From Candidatus Kaiserbacteria bacterium (GTDB lineage: Bacteria > Patescibacteriota > Minisyncoccia > Phycocordibacterales > UBA2100): a stretch of 64,000 bases of DNA. The DNA is taken from positions 6,108 through 70,107 of the forward strand of contig JACROD010000005.1 in the NCBI GenBank assembly GCA_016214605.1, given 5' to 3'. Positions 1 through 9,000 of the stretch are shown here, one piece after another. A model generated the notes under the pieces. That model was given only the letters and a program-made list of their open reading frames with translations, did not search any database and was not told the origin of the DNA. Both the position numbers and the translations under genes were made by a program. Each line of letters starts with the position of its first letter. Within the stretch, counting starts at the first letter, position 1.

Positions 1-2136
1 TTCTACGCGCAGGCGCAAGTAATGGAGGTAGCGCGCGTAATCATCGATACGGGCTTGGACTGCGGGATTGTTGGCCGCCAGATTTTCCGCCTGCTGGATA
101 TCCTGATACGAAGTACCAAGCTCGGCCGAGATCGGGCGATAGCTCGTCGCCCAACGTTCCATCATCCGCTTCATGGGCGCTTTGGCCGGGCCAAACGCGA
201 GCGTGTACCACTCGTCGATGAGTTTCACATCATCGATCGTCGTGTCCCACATGACGTGCGAAGCGACATAGTGGCCGATGCCCATCGCACCGGCACTGTA
301 AGTTGATTCGGCATTAATGCCTTTGATGTTTTCTTGGTGGTACGTGCGCAGCTTGTCCCCTATCGTCAGATAATTGAATGAAGGCTCATCGTGCGTCCAA
401 TCGGGAATGGACCAGTAGTCGTAGAGACCCATCGTGCTCACCTTGGTGCCCCATAGGGCGACCCATTGATCGTTGGTCAGCCCTGCGGTCTTCGGACTAA
501 AGCGGAACGCAAATGCCGGCTGGATGAAGACATTTGATTCGAGTGAGAAAGTCGGAGGATCGGAGTGGTTGGCGTATGCGAGCGATATAGCGGCCGCATC
601 CGGAAACTCCGCACGCAACATGCGAGCGCATTGATTGATGATGAAGAATTCCTGATCGCTTGGCGAGCCGTCGCCCACGCCGGCTGCGACCAATTCGGAT
701 ATATTGTTACCCTCCCCCGTACCATCCGAAGGCTCGACTGACATGGTGGTCGCGGCCACGCCCAGGACCTTGCGTGCAGCGCGATACCCTTTCATGATCC
801 AGTCACAATAATAGTTGACCGCTTCCGGATTTCCGGCATTGATCTTGGCAGTGACATTGAGATTGCCATTTGGGAGATAGAGCGGTGAGTATGTACCGTC
901 GATTTTTGCAAGGTATTCGGGATGTGCCGTAAGCGTGCTCACGTTCTGCGAAATGAAAGATTCGCCCATTGATTTACCAAGATGATATTCGTTGCCATAT
1001 CGTAAATGCCGATTCCAACCGATGACATCCATACTGAATTCCCCTGACCCCAGATATCGTCTACCAAGATCATTACTGAAAAATCCACCCGTGCCGGCGT
1101 AGGTGCGATTGAGAGCAAACGCCGGCGCCACCAGTTTGTCGATCGCGAGGGTGACATTGCCTTTGCGTGGCACGACCGTCCAGTTGTCTCCCGAGAGGAG
1201 CCATCGCACCCCGAGTTGCTCCAGATAGTAGTAGACGCCATAAGAGAGGCCACGCTCGTTGTTGGCGATAATCTTGAGTTGAATAGTGTCGCCGCGAATG
1301 ACAAACGCTTCGAATCCTTTTCCATTCAATTGGGCAACGGCATCTGCGGGAGCATTCGGAGAATTCGCGAGAAACAACTGGATACCGGGCACACGGGTGT
1401 ACTGACCGATATAATAATCAAAGTTGGTCATTTGCTTGAGGTATTTCTGAATATCTGCGACAACCGGACTGAGGATTGTTGAGGTTGCCGCTGCCGGACC
1501 AACCACGACGATCCTGCCGCCGTATCCGCTGTAGTATAGAGACGCATTGATGATGTCATAAGTGAAAGAAGTCACCGGGGACACTGGCTTGGTGCCCTTG
1601 CAGGCGATGGCGCGGATGATGGCGGAAGTGGCGACATTTATTCCACCCGAATATACGTTGCCGGACGCACAGGTAGGAACTACTCCATCGCGACGATAGC
1701 GGATCGTGGTGCTTGCGGAGAGATATACCGTTTGCGGCCTGCCGTATGCGCCGGGAGCAGGTACAGCACTGAGGTACGGCGTATTCATGGCCTTCAGATT
1801 CATGGTCGTCGAAGCGACATTCCCCGCGGTATCGCTTGCGGTGGCATTGATGGCATGCCATCCACTGGTGGAAGAAGCGGAGTTCCATGTTGCGGTATAG
1901 GGAGGGATCGTATCTTTGGGACCGAGGTTCACGCCGTCGAGCTTGAATTGCACACCGGTGATGCTGCTCGTGCTGCTTGCGGTCGCCGCGAGATTGACGA
2001 CGCCAGCCACTGCGGGAGTAGTGCTGATATCAGGCGAGGTAAACGTGATCGAGAGCGGTCCCGCGAAGACAGCGGAAGGGATGGCGATCAAGAAGGACGC
2101 GATGGCGGTCGTGAGAAGGCGATTGCTGCGAAACAT
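1..2136 (-). CDS. Partial (C-terminus beyond the window start) secreted protein. It has a signal peptide (MFRSNRLLTTAIASFLIAIPSAVFA), a chitobiase/Fn3-like Ig domain and a DUF4838/glycoside-hydrolase-like domain.
   Basis: My own translation of the minus strand from the ATG at 2136..2134 gives a continuous 712-codon frame down to position 1 with no stop. The ORF track omits it because no stop lies inside the window. The N-terminus is hydrophobic and signal-like. The segment RYRRDGVVPTCASGNVYSGGINVATSAIIRAIACKG resembles chitobiase C-terminal domains. The C-terminal part (WSIPDWTHDEPSFNYLT...GINAESTYSAGAMGIGHYVASHVMWD) resembles the DUF4838/GH20-like fold. Confidence 0.6.
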   Translation of the reverse strand, partial: MFRSNRLLTTAIASFLIAIPSAVFAGPLSITFTSPDISTTPAVAGVVNLAATASSTSSITGVQFKLDGVNLGPKDTIPPYTATWNSASSTSGWHAINATASDTAGNVASTTMNLKAMNTPYLSAVPAPGAYGRPQTVYLSASTTIRYRRDGVVPTCASGNVYSGGINVATSAIIRAIACKGTKPVSPVTSFTYDIINASLYYSGYGGRIVVVGPAAATSTILSPVVADIQKYLKQMTNFDYYIGQYTRVPGIQLFLANSPNAPADAVAQLNGKGFEAFVIRGDTIQLKIIANNERGLSYGVYYYLEQLGVRWLLSGDNWTVVPRKGNVTLAIDKLVAPAFALNRTYAGTGGFFSNDLGRRYLGSGEFSMDVIGWNRHLRYGNEYHLGKSMGESFISQNVSTLTAHPEYLAKIDGTYSPLYLPNGNLNVTAKINAGNPEAVNYYCDWIMKGYRAARKVLGVAATTMSVEPSDGTGEGNNISELVAAGVGDGSPSDQEFFIINQCARMLRAEFPDAAAISLAYANHSDPPTFSLESNVFIQPAFAFRFSPKTAGLTNDQWVALWGTKVSTMGLYDYWSIPDWTHDEPSFNYLTIGDKLRTYHQENIKGINAESTYSAGAMGIGHYVASHVMWDTTIDDVKLIDEWYTLAFGPAKAPMKRMMERWATSYRPISAELGTSYQDIQQAENLAANNPAVQARIDDYARYLHYLRLRVE

Positions 2137-2321
2137 AGAGCGAATAGGTATTATGATTATCCGATACTGGTATGGGTATCATTGTGACATGGGGGGGTGT
2201 GATGCGAGTTTTGGGGTGGGGATAATCACATCATCTTTGAATACGAAATTTTTCTTACCTCTTGTTGAGTCTTGTTGAGTCAACAATTACATATCACTTT
2301 ATGTGGTACACTTTCTTCCAT

Positions 2322-3431
2322 ATGCAATACGACTTCGTGGCGTTTGGGGACATTGTCATCGACGCTTTTATCAAATTACAAGATGCAGAAGAGCTCGTGA
2401 ATCACGGCGTGCGTGAGCTCTGCGTACGCTTCGGTGAGAAGGTCCCCTTTGAGTCCGTCACCGAGGTGCTCTCGGTAGGCAACGGCCCCAACGCCGCCGT
2501 CGCGGCACACAAGCTCGGCCTCGCCTCGGGGCTCGTCGTCCATGTCGGCGACGATCAAAATGGAGAACGATGTATCGCAGACCTGAGGGCGCGCGGCGTC
2601 GACACCTCGCTCATCTCGGTCGATGCAGGATTCAAGACCAACTATCACTACATCTTGCAGTTTGGTCCCGAACGCACCATCCTCATCAAGCATGAGCTCT
2701 ATCCGTACAAACTCCCCGCTTTTGAGACCGCACCAAAATGGTTTTACCTCACCTCACTCCCCCTTGAGACACTCGATCATCAGCTCGAGATCGCTCGCTA
2801 TGTGAAAGCCAACGGTGTGAAGCTCGCTTTCCAGCCCGGGACATTTCAGATCAAGCTCGGCGCAGAAGCCCTCAAAGAGGTCTACTCAGTGACCGAGATA
2901 TTCTTCTGCAACAAAGAAGAGGCGCAGAAAATCCTCGGCACAGAAGAATCCGACATCAAGAAGCTCATGGAAGGTATCCGTGCGCTCGGTCCCAAGATCG
3001 TGGTCGTAACCGACGGCCCGAGCGGAGCTTATATCTCGTATGTCGAAGAAAGCGCAGGAGGCACGCAACGGGATGCAGTTCAAGGCGCGGGGAGAACGAT
3101 TTCTGGAGACGTACAAAGCGGTACGGCGACAGAAATCGTGGGGCCCCGCAACGCAGAAATGCGCCCGTTGAGTGCCTCCTGCTGGCATATGCCGATGTAT
3201 CCTGACCCCGCTCCGCCGGTATCACGCACCGGCGCGGGCGATGCCACCGCATCGACCTGTGTCGCCTACATCATCAAAGGTCTCGAGCCTAAAGAAGCAC
3301 TCATGCGCGGACTCATCAACGCCGCATCAGTAGTACAAGGCGTCGGCGCGCAGACCAAGCTCCTCACGGATGCCGAGGTCGAAGAGTGGTACGCCAAACG
3401 CCCGGCAGATTTTGTAGCAACAGCTTTGTAA
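2322..3431 (+). CDS. PfkB-family carbohydrate kinase (ribokinase-like). It carries an unusual ~55-aa low-complexity insertion before the GAGD anion-hole motif.
   Basis: The track ORF is 2262..3431. The likely start is the in-frame ATG at 2322 (MQYDFVAFGDIVIDAF, a typical pfkB N-terminus). It has the GG dipeptide region and the TGAGDA motif near the C-terminus. Confidence 0.7.
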   Translation: MQYDFVAFGDIVIDAFIKLQDAEELVNHGVRELCVRFGEKVPFESVTEVLSVGNGPNAAVAAHKLGLASGLVVHVGDDQNGERCIADLRARGVDTSLISVDAGFKTNYHYILQFGPERTILIKHELYPYKLPAFETAPKWFYLTSLPLETLDHQLEIARYVKANGVKLAFQPGTFQIKLGAEALKEVYSVTEIFFCNKEEAQKILGTEESDIKKLMEGIRALGPKIVVVTDGPSGAYISYVEESAGGTQRDAVQGAGRTISGDVQSGTATEIVGPRNAEMRPLSASCWHMPMYPDPAPPVSRTGAGDATASTCVAYIIKGLEPKEALMRGLINAASVVQGVGAQTKLLTDAEVEEWYAKRPADFVATAL

Positions 3432-3454
3432 ATTGGCAAGTGCGGAAAATACAC

Positions 3455-3490
3455 AAGGGCGCCATGCACACGAGTGTGCATGGCGCCCTT
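3455..3490. terminator. Strong GC-rich hairpin (16-bp perfect stem, 4-nt loop): aagggcgccatgcacac/gtgtgcatggcgccctt. It lies between convergent gene ends.
   Basis: A perfect palindrome read directly from the sequence. It lies downstream of both the pfkB ORF (+) and the tktB/small-ORF operon (-). No clear U-tract is present. Confidence 0.4.
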
Positions 3491-3506
3491 CCGCATTGCG
3501 CTCAAA

Positions 3507-3668
3507 CTAATAGTTGATGTCAGTCATAGAGGCCCCTTTCGTCTCTGTGATGGGATTCTCTAGTTGTGCGAGATCCAAGACCTTGATCGTCATAAACAAT
3601 CCGAACGATCCGATGAAAAAGACACTGATCACAAAATTGACCTGTTGTTTGAAGATGCCAGCCGACAT
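3507..3668 (-). CDS. Small 53-aa single-TM membrane protein. It is translationally coupled to tktB (TAA-at-ATG).
   Basis: My own translation gives MSAGIFKQQVNFVISVFFIGSFGLFMTIKVLDLAQLENPITETKGASMTDINY. Its ATG lies 2 nt after the tktB stop. One hydrophobic helix is present. It is followed by the strong hairpin at 3455..3490. It is below the track size cutoff. Confidence 0.35.
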   Translation of the reverse strand: MSAGIFKQQVNFVISVFFIGSFGLFMTIKVLDLAQLENPITETKGASMTDINY

Positions 3669-3670
3669 AT

Positions 3671-4666
3671 TTAGTGTGCCGCTTTCCTAGAGATGACCTT
3701 GCGGATCGCGTCTTTGATATGCGATACCCCCATGTGGTAATGCTCGATCAGCTCTTTGGGCTCTCCTGATTGTCCGAATTGGTCGTGGACACCGATGAAT
3801 TCGATCGGTACCGGATGTTCCTGTGCGAGCACCTCGGCGATCGCACTCCCGAGCCCTCCGGCGATCTGATGTTCTTCGACCGTGACGACCGCTCCGGCGA
3901 GTCGCGCCTGCGCTTGAATCGTCTCTCGATCAAGCGGCTTGATGGTAGCGACATTGACGACATGTACTCCTACCCCCTCATCCCCCATTTGCTTCGCCGC
4001 GAGCATCGCATTGTGCAGAAGCGGGCCCGTGGCAAAGATGACCGCCTGCGGATTGTCTGCGGTGAGAAACACTTGTGCCTTGCCTATCTCAAATGGCGTC
4101 TCGGTGGTGGTCATCAGCGGAGTCTTTTCGCGCCCGAAGCGCAGGTATACTGGGCCGTCCCATTGTGCCGCCGCGATCGTCGCCTTGCGGGCTTCTTCAG
4201 CATCGCATGGAGAGATCACGGTCATATGGGGCTGTACGCGCATGAGCGCCATGTCTTCGAGCGCCTGATGTGTCGCCCCGTCGGGACCGACCGAGATACC
4301 GGCATGCATGCCGCAGACCTTGACTGGTACGCGGTTGAGCGAGATGGTCGTGCGGATCTGCTCATTGTTGCGCCCCGGATTAAAAGCTGCATATGAGGTG
4401 ATGAATGGGATCTTGCCCGCCGCCGCAAATCCCGCGCCGAGTGTAGCGAGATTTTGCTCGGCCACACCCACCTCGATATATCGCTCGGGAAATTGCTTTT
4501 TGAATCCTTCGACGCGGGTCGATTCGGTGAGGTCGGCGCAGAGCGCCACGACCCTACTATCGGCCATAGCCGCTTCGATAAGCCCATGCCCAAAACCATC
4601 GCGCGTCGGCGACTGCTCGGGAGCATCAAACATGTTTTCTTTGAGGTGGAGGTCGGGGTTTAACAT
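3671..4666 (-). CDS. tktB: Transketolase, C-terminal subunit (pyrimidine-binding plus C-terminal domain of a split transketolase).
   Basis: 331-aa ORF. Diagnostic segments include YIEVGVAEQNLATLGAGFAAAGKIPF and PVKVCGMHAGISVGPDGATHQALEDMALMR. Confidence 0.9.
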   Translation of the reverse strand: MLNPDLHLKENMFDAPEQSPTRDGFGHGLIEAAMADSRVVALCADLTESTRVEGFKKQFPERYIEVGVAEQNLATLGAGFAAAGKIPFITSYAAFNPGRNNEQIRTTISLNRVPVKVCGMHAGISVGPDGATHQALEDMALMRVQPHMTVISPCDAEEARKATIAAAQWDGPVYLRFGREKTPLMTTTETPFEIGKAQVFLTADNPQAVIFATGPLLHNAMLAAKQMGDEGVGVHVVNVATIKPLDRETIQAQARLAGAVVTVEEHQIAGGLGSAIAEVLAQEHPVPIEFIGVHDQFGQSGEPKELIEHYHMGVSHIKDAIRKVISRKAAH

Positions 4667-4671
4667 AGAGA

Positions 4672-5075
4672 GAAGTTTACAGTAGATAGTTTACAGATTA
4701 CAGTTTTTTAATGAGTGACTCCAGCATCTTTTGCACCTCTTTGAGTATATCGAGCAATGGTTCGTTATCGAAACCAAACAACTCCTTTGACAGTAATAAT
4801 TGCGTCTCTAGTTCGGCTGCTGATCCCGCTGCTATTCTCAGGAACTGTGTGAAGTCTTTTTTGGTGCCCCGTTTTGATCCCTCTGCTATGTTTGATGGGA
4901 TCGAAACGGCACTTCGACGCATTTGACTAGTGAGTCCAAATTTCTCTTCCGACGGGAATTTACTCGTATGCACATACAAATCACGAGCAAGATCCATTGC
5001 CTTTTGCCATACTATTAATTTTCGAAAATCATTCATGTTTTTCTGTCTACTGTAAACTGTCATCTGTAAACTGCT
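4672..5075. repeat. Inverted repeats flanking the four-helix-bundle gene. The left arm is 4675..4703 (gtttacagtagatagtttacagattacag) and the right arm is 5043..5073 (ctgtctactgtaaactgtcatctgtaaactg). There is a 12-bp perfect complement between gtttacagtaga and tctactgtaaac.
   Basis: Read directly from the sequence. Each arm carries two copies of the agtttacag/ctgtaaact motif. The arms overlap the tktA stop, the 4HB start and the 4HB stop. Confidence 0.8.
4698..5063 (-). CDS. Four-helix-bundle protein of the 23S rRNA intervening-sequence family (TIGR02436-like).
   Basis: 121-aa ORF. Segments WQKAMDLARDLYVHTSKFPSEEKFGLTSQMRRSAVSIPSNIAEGSKRGTKKDFTQFLRIAAGSAAELETQLLLSKEL match the characteristic family motifs. 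It is inserted between tktA and tktB. Confidence 0.8.
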   Translation of the reverse strand: MTVYSRQKNMNDFRKLIVWQKAMDLARDLYVHTSKFPSEEKFGLTSQMRRSAVSIPSNIAEGSKRGTKKDFTQFLRIAAGSAAELETQLLLSKELFGFDNEPLLDILKEVQKMLESLIKKL

Positions 5076-5934
5076 ACTGATGTTCGCTTGTTACTTTACC
5101 CTGCATGGTACGTAGCTCATGGAGAAATGTCTGCGCTTCTTCCTTGGACGGCGGTTTGCCGTGCCAGCGATAATCGCGCTCGATCTCGCGGATGCCTTTG
5201 CCGGGAATGGTGTGTGCGATGATCACGGTCGGCTTCTCGTAGATCGCCTTGGCTTCGTCGCATGCGGCGATAAACTGCGGGATGTTGTGCCCATCTATCT
5301 CGAGCACGTGCCAACCGAATGATTCGTATTTTTCGCGTAGAGGCTCAAGCGGCATGATGCTCTCTGTGTATCCATCTATCTGTATATTGTTGCGATCAAT
5401 GATACCGGTGAGATTGTAGAGCTTGTTGGCGCCCGCCCACATAGCCGCTTCCCAGATGTTGCCCGCATCATGCTCGCCGTCGGACATGGCGCAATAGATG
5501 CGATTCTGTTTGCCATCCATGCGCAGAGCGTATGCCATCCCCGCCGCTTGCGAAAGGCCGGAGCCGAGCGGGCCCGATGTGGTCTCCATACCCGGCAAGC
5601 GCAAGCGCTCGGGGTGCCCCTGCAGACGCGAGCCAAATTTGCGCAAGGTCAGGCATTCTTCTATGGGAAAATATCCCGCATGCGCCATGGCGGCATAGCG
5701 CACCGGCACGATGTGACCATTTGATAGTATGAGACGATCGCGCTCTTCCCAATCGGGATTCTGCGGGTCGTGTTTGAGCACGTTGAAATAGAGTGCTGTG
5801 AATATATCCGCCATACCGAGCGGCCCCGCCGTGTGACCACTGCCTGCCGCGACAAGCATCTCGATGATGGTCTGCCGGATCGCATTGGCGCGCGCAGTCA
5901 GCTCGTATACCTCAGAGTCGGTGAGCGGTTGCAT
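5074..5934 (-). CDS. tktA: Transketolase, N-terminal (thiamine-diphosphate-binding) subunit.
   Basis: 286-aa ORF with the GSGHTAGPLGMADI TPP-binding signature and GHPE/GPLGSGL motifs. Confidence 0.9.
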   Translation of the reverse strand: MQPLTDSEVYELTARANAIRQTIIEMLVAAGSGHTAGPLGMADIFTALYFNVLKHDPQNPDWEERDRLILSNGHIVPVRYAAMAHAGYFPIEECLTLRKFGSRLQGHPERLRLPGMETTSGPLGSGLSQAAGMAYALRMDGKQNRIYCAMSDGEHDAGNIWEAAMWAGANKLYNLTGIIDRNNIQIDGYTESIMPLEPLREKYESFGWHVLEIDGHNIPQFIAACDEAKAIYEKPTVIIAHTIPGKGIREIERDYRWHGKPPSKEEAQTFLHELRTMQGKVTSEHQ

Positions 5935-6011
5935 CTATCTATTGTATCTCACTTTGCTCAGCCTTAATTGCTCACGAGGTGGACAAAACCCATGCTGATT
6001 CCTACCCCCTA

Positions 6012-9000
6012 TTAATTCGAAATAAAGTTCAGCTTTGAGAAGTTGATGCCGTGGTTGTACCCGCCCGCGGTGGACCAGAAGTATAGCTTGATGGTCTTTG
6101 GTTTGCGCCAGTTGGCCGTGCTGTCGAACGTGGGTGTCGTCACGGGAGTGTACGAGCCATAGGTGATAGTCACGTTCCCACCATTTGCCTTGATCGAGAA
6201 CGGCTGCACTTTCCTTATGGCCAACAAGAACGACTTGAATTCCGTCATCTGAAAGATCACCTGGTTGTTAGCGAAGACCCTATAATCGTTCGCTGTCACC
6301 TGTTTTGTATACAGGCGCGAGATTACCTTGCCTGCGTCATCCAATACGTCGAAATACATGCCTTCGTAATCACCCATATTTGGCGATCCTGACAAACCTG
6401 ACGCGAATACCACCGCACCAGTAAGCATCCAGCTGGTTGTTGAAGCGTCCGGGGTACCCAAGTCGCGAGTGACTGTCGCATTTGCAGCAGGTCGGTGCGC
6501 AAAGAGAATGTCGATGTCAGGTGAATCGTACAGGTGTTTGTTCCACGGGTAGTTTTTGAGACTCGTTATGACCTTCCACCAATCAGTTTGCAAATTATTA
6601 GTGGTGTCGGTCGCGGGCGTACGGCGCCAACCAGCAGTATCGTCGGCAACACTGCTGTCGTAGGGCAGGCCTGCGAGGAGATCAGTCGGGTCCTTACGGG
6701 GGACATACTTGGCTGCATCCCAGTTGACCGGGATCTTTTGCTCGCTAATGCTCGAGAGATTATCGATCTTCCAACGATGAATCCCGCCGTGCCAGCCTTC
6801 GTCGTTTTGATACACGTAGATCGCACCATCGGGACCTTTCACGAGCCCCTGCGCCGCCGCATTACCTGCAAGGCCCGCCTGACCTTCGTTCTCTTGGCCA
6901 TTCGGCAGATCCTGCTCTACAGTGCCAAATTCACCGATCATGAGACCGTCGTCACTGACGTGTGTCCACATATTCGACTGATCTCGACCGCACTTCCACC
7001 CCTCGCCCTGGTAATGCCAGAAGATGTTGTTATCGACGGCATGCGCAAAACTGCCAGCAACGTAGACACGTTCGTTATTGTTGAACGTCCCGTCTCCCGG
7101 CCATTCACTACAGTAGTGGATGCCCGTCGATGGTGCAGTCTTCCACCGCCAAGTACCGGTGTTTGTATCGAGTCCGGCAAGATGATAGCCTTTGTGGTCT
7201 ACTGGATCGGTTGCATACGCCCCCGTAAAAACAGGACTGCGTGCATCGAACGAGACAATGATGCCCGAATTGGTCATTTCCCAGGGGACGAAACTCCCTC
7301 CCGAGGGTAGATTGTAGTGATCGTCCGAAGAAGCAAGGATAGGTGACGTACCGACCACTTTCTCGAGACCCCACTGCGGATCACCTGCAGCGGTAAATCC
7401 GGTCAGCGGCTTCTTTCTCCATTCGAAGGACTCTCCGATTTTTGGTCGATTCACCACATGTAACGAGCCGTCTTTATAGAGTGTATAATTGTAGTTCGGA
7501 GTCGAAGCGCTGGTAAAACGCAGGGTTCCAATTTCCGGGAATTCGACCACATCGAATTTGGCTGTTTGGAAGTTGCGCAGAAGCCCGTAGGTACGCCCGT
7601 TGTTGAGGGTTGTCATGCCGAATGGTACTGCGAAGACATTTTTTGACGCCAGCACGTATTGCGGAGGAAGCTTCTCTTTCACTATCCCCCAATTCTTCAC
7701 GAGCTTCCATGAGCCAGTATTGGGCCCCTGCGGCTTTGCATAATCGACGGCGAATTCGAGAAACCCCGCAAAGATCCGCTGGGGATTATTGGGATCGACG
7801 GCGGTATTGTAGAAAAGTGGCACCCATGAGACTGATTCAAGGAGTGTGCGGCTCGCACTGAAGTGCTGCGAGCGATCATTGCCTGAGTCACCCACCCAGA
7901 AGGAACCATCGGGAGCATAGGTGAGAAATGTCCAATCGACACCGCCACGGAAGGTGATGTTATTGAAGTTGTGAAAGGAAAACTTATCCACGGCGACATT
8001 CGGATCACTAAGGTAGCCGCCTGGTTTGCCATAGATCCACGTAGAAGATGCGGTCGTGTTACTGAAGGCCTTGACCTGGTGGCTCGTGCCGCCATCAGCG
8101 ACAAGGAGCGTTGCATTGTCGGGTGAGATGGCAAGTGTCAAGGGTTTAGAAAGACCGGTGATCTTGAGATTGGAGATAGCCGAGAGCGAGCCGTCGGCGG
8201 CAACAGTATACTTTTGTACGACTGCCGCCGTCTCGGATCCGGTAATGACCCAGAGATTGCCGCTCATATCCGTTGCGATCTTGCGCGGTGCGGTCATGGC
8301 GATGGCACGCACGAAGGCGCCGGTCGTCTTGTTGAGAACATCTATTTTGTTCAGATCGCCATGCGCCACAAAGAGGTAATCGCCGCTCTTCTGTACCGCA
8401 AGACCCGTGATGGTCGAGGAAGCAACATCGAGATTGTTGATGGCGCTGTACTTTCTCGGCACACCATCGGGACCAGCGACGCCGATGGTAACATCGGTAC
8501 CACTGAGGAATTTCACCATGGTGTCGTCGCTCACTTTGGTGGCATATACATAGACGTGGTTGTTGACGTTGGGATATCCGCCCCAGTCCATACCATCCCA
8601 GTACACATAATTACCATCGGTTGCGACGTAGAGAGCTATCGGGCCGGTGTAATGGAACGCCGTAGGAAGAATAATCGTTTTGGCCTGAGGATTCGAAACA
8701 CTTGTTTTGAACGTGCCGGAGCGCGCCTCGTTGTAAGCGGTAGTGTAGTAGATGGTCGAACCCGTGATTGCCATGCCGTAGATGACATCCTGCGCATGAA
8801 GTGTGGTGGAGTCCGTAAAACTGGTCGAGGTGTTACCGATCACGTCCCAGCTATAGCGGACGTTATTGGAGAGAATGCGGACCTCATAAATGCCGCCTGG
8901 GGCAACCGCACCGCCGTCTTTGGTACCATCCCACGTCGCAGTGTGCGCTCCGGCAGAATACTGTACATTGCTCCAGAGTGTCTTTATAAGCGTTCCGTTT

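Noticed and set aside
3266-3505. 79-aa minus-strand ORF overlapping the 3' end of the pfkB gene.
   Set aside because: It is antisense to the pfkB kinase coding region. The adjacent 53-aa ORF at 3507..3668, in a different frame and coupled to tktB, is the better candidate.
5376-5885. Several overlapping 65-95-aa ORFs on both strands inside tktA.
   Set aside because: They are embedded in or antisense to a well-supported transketolase gene. They are Arg/Ala-rich frames generated by the high GC content.
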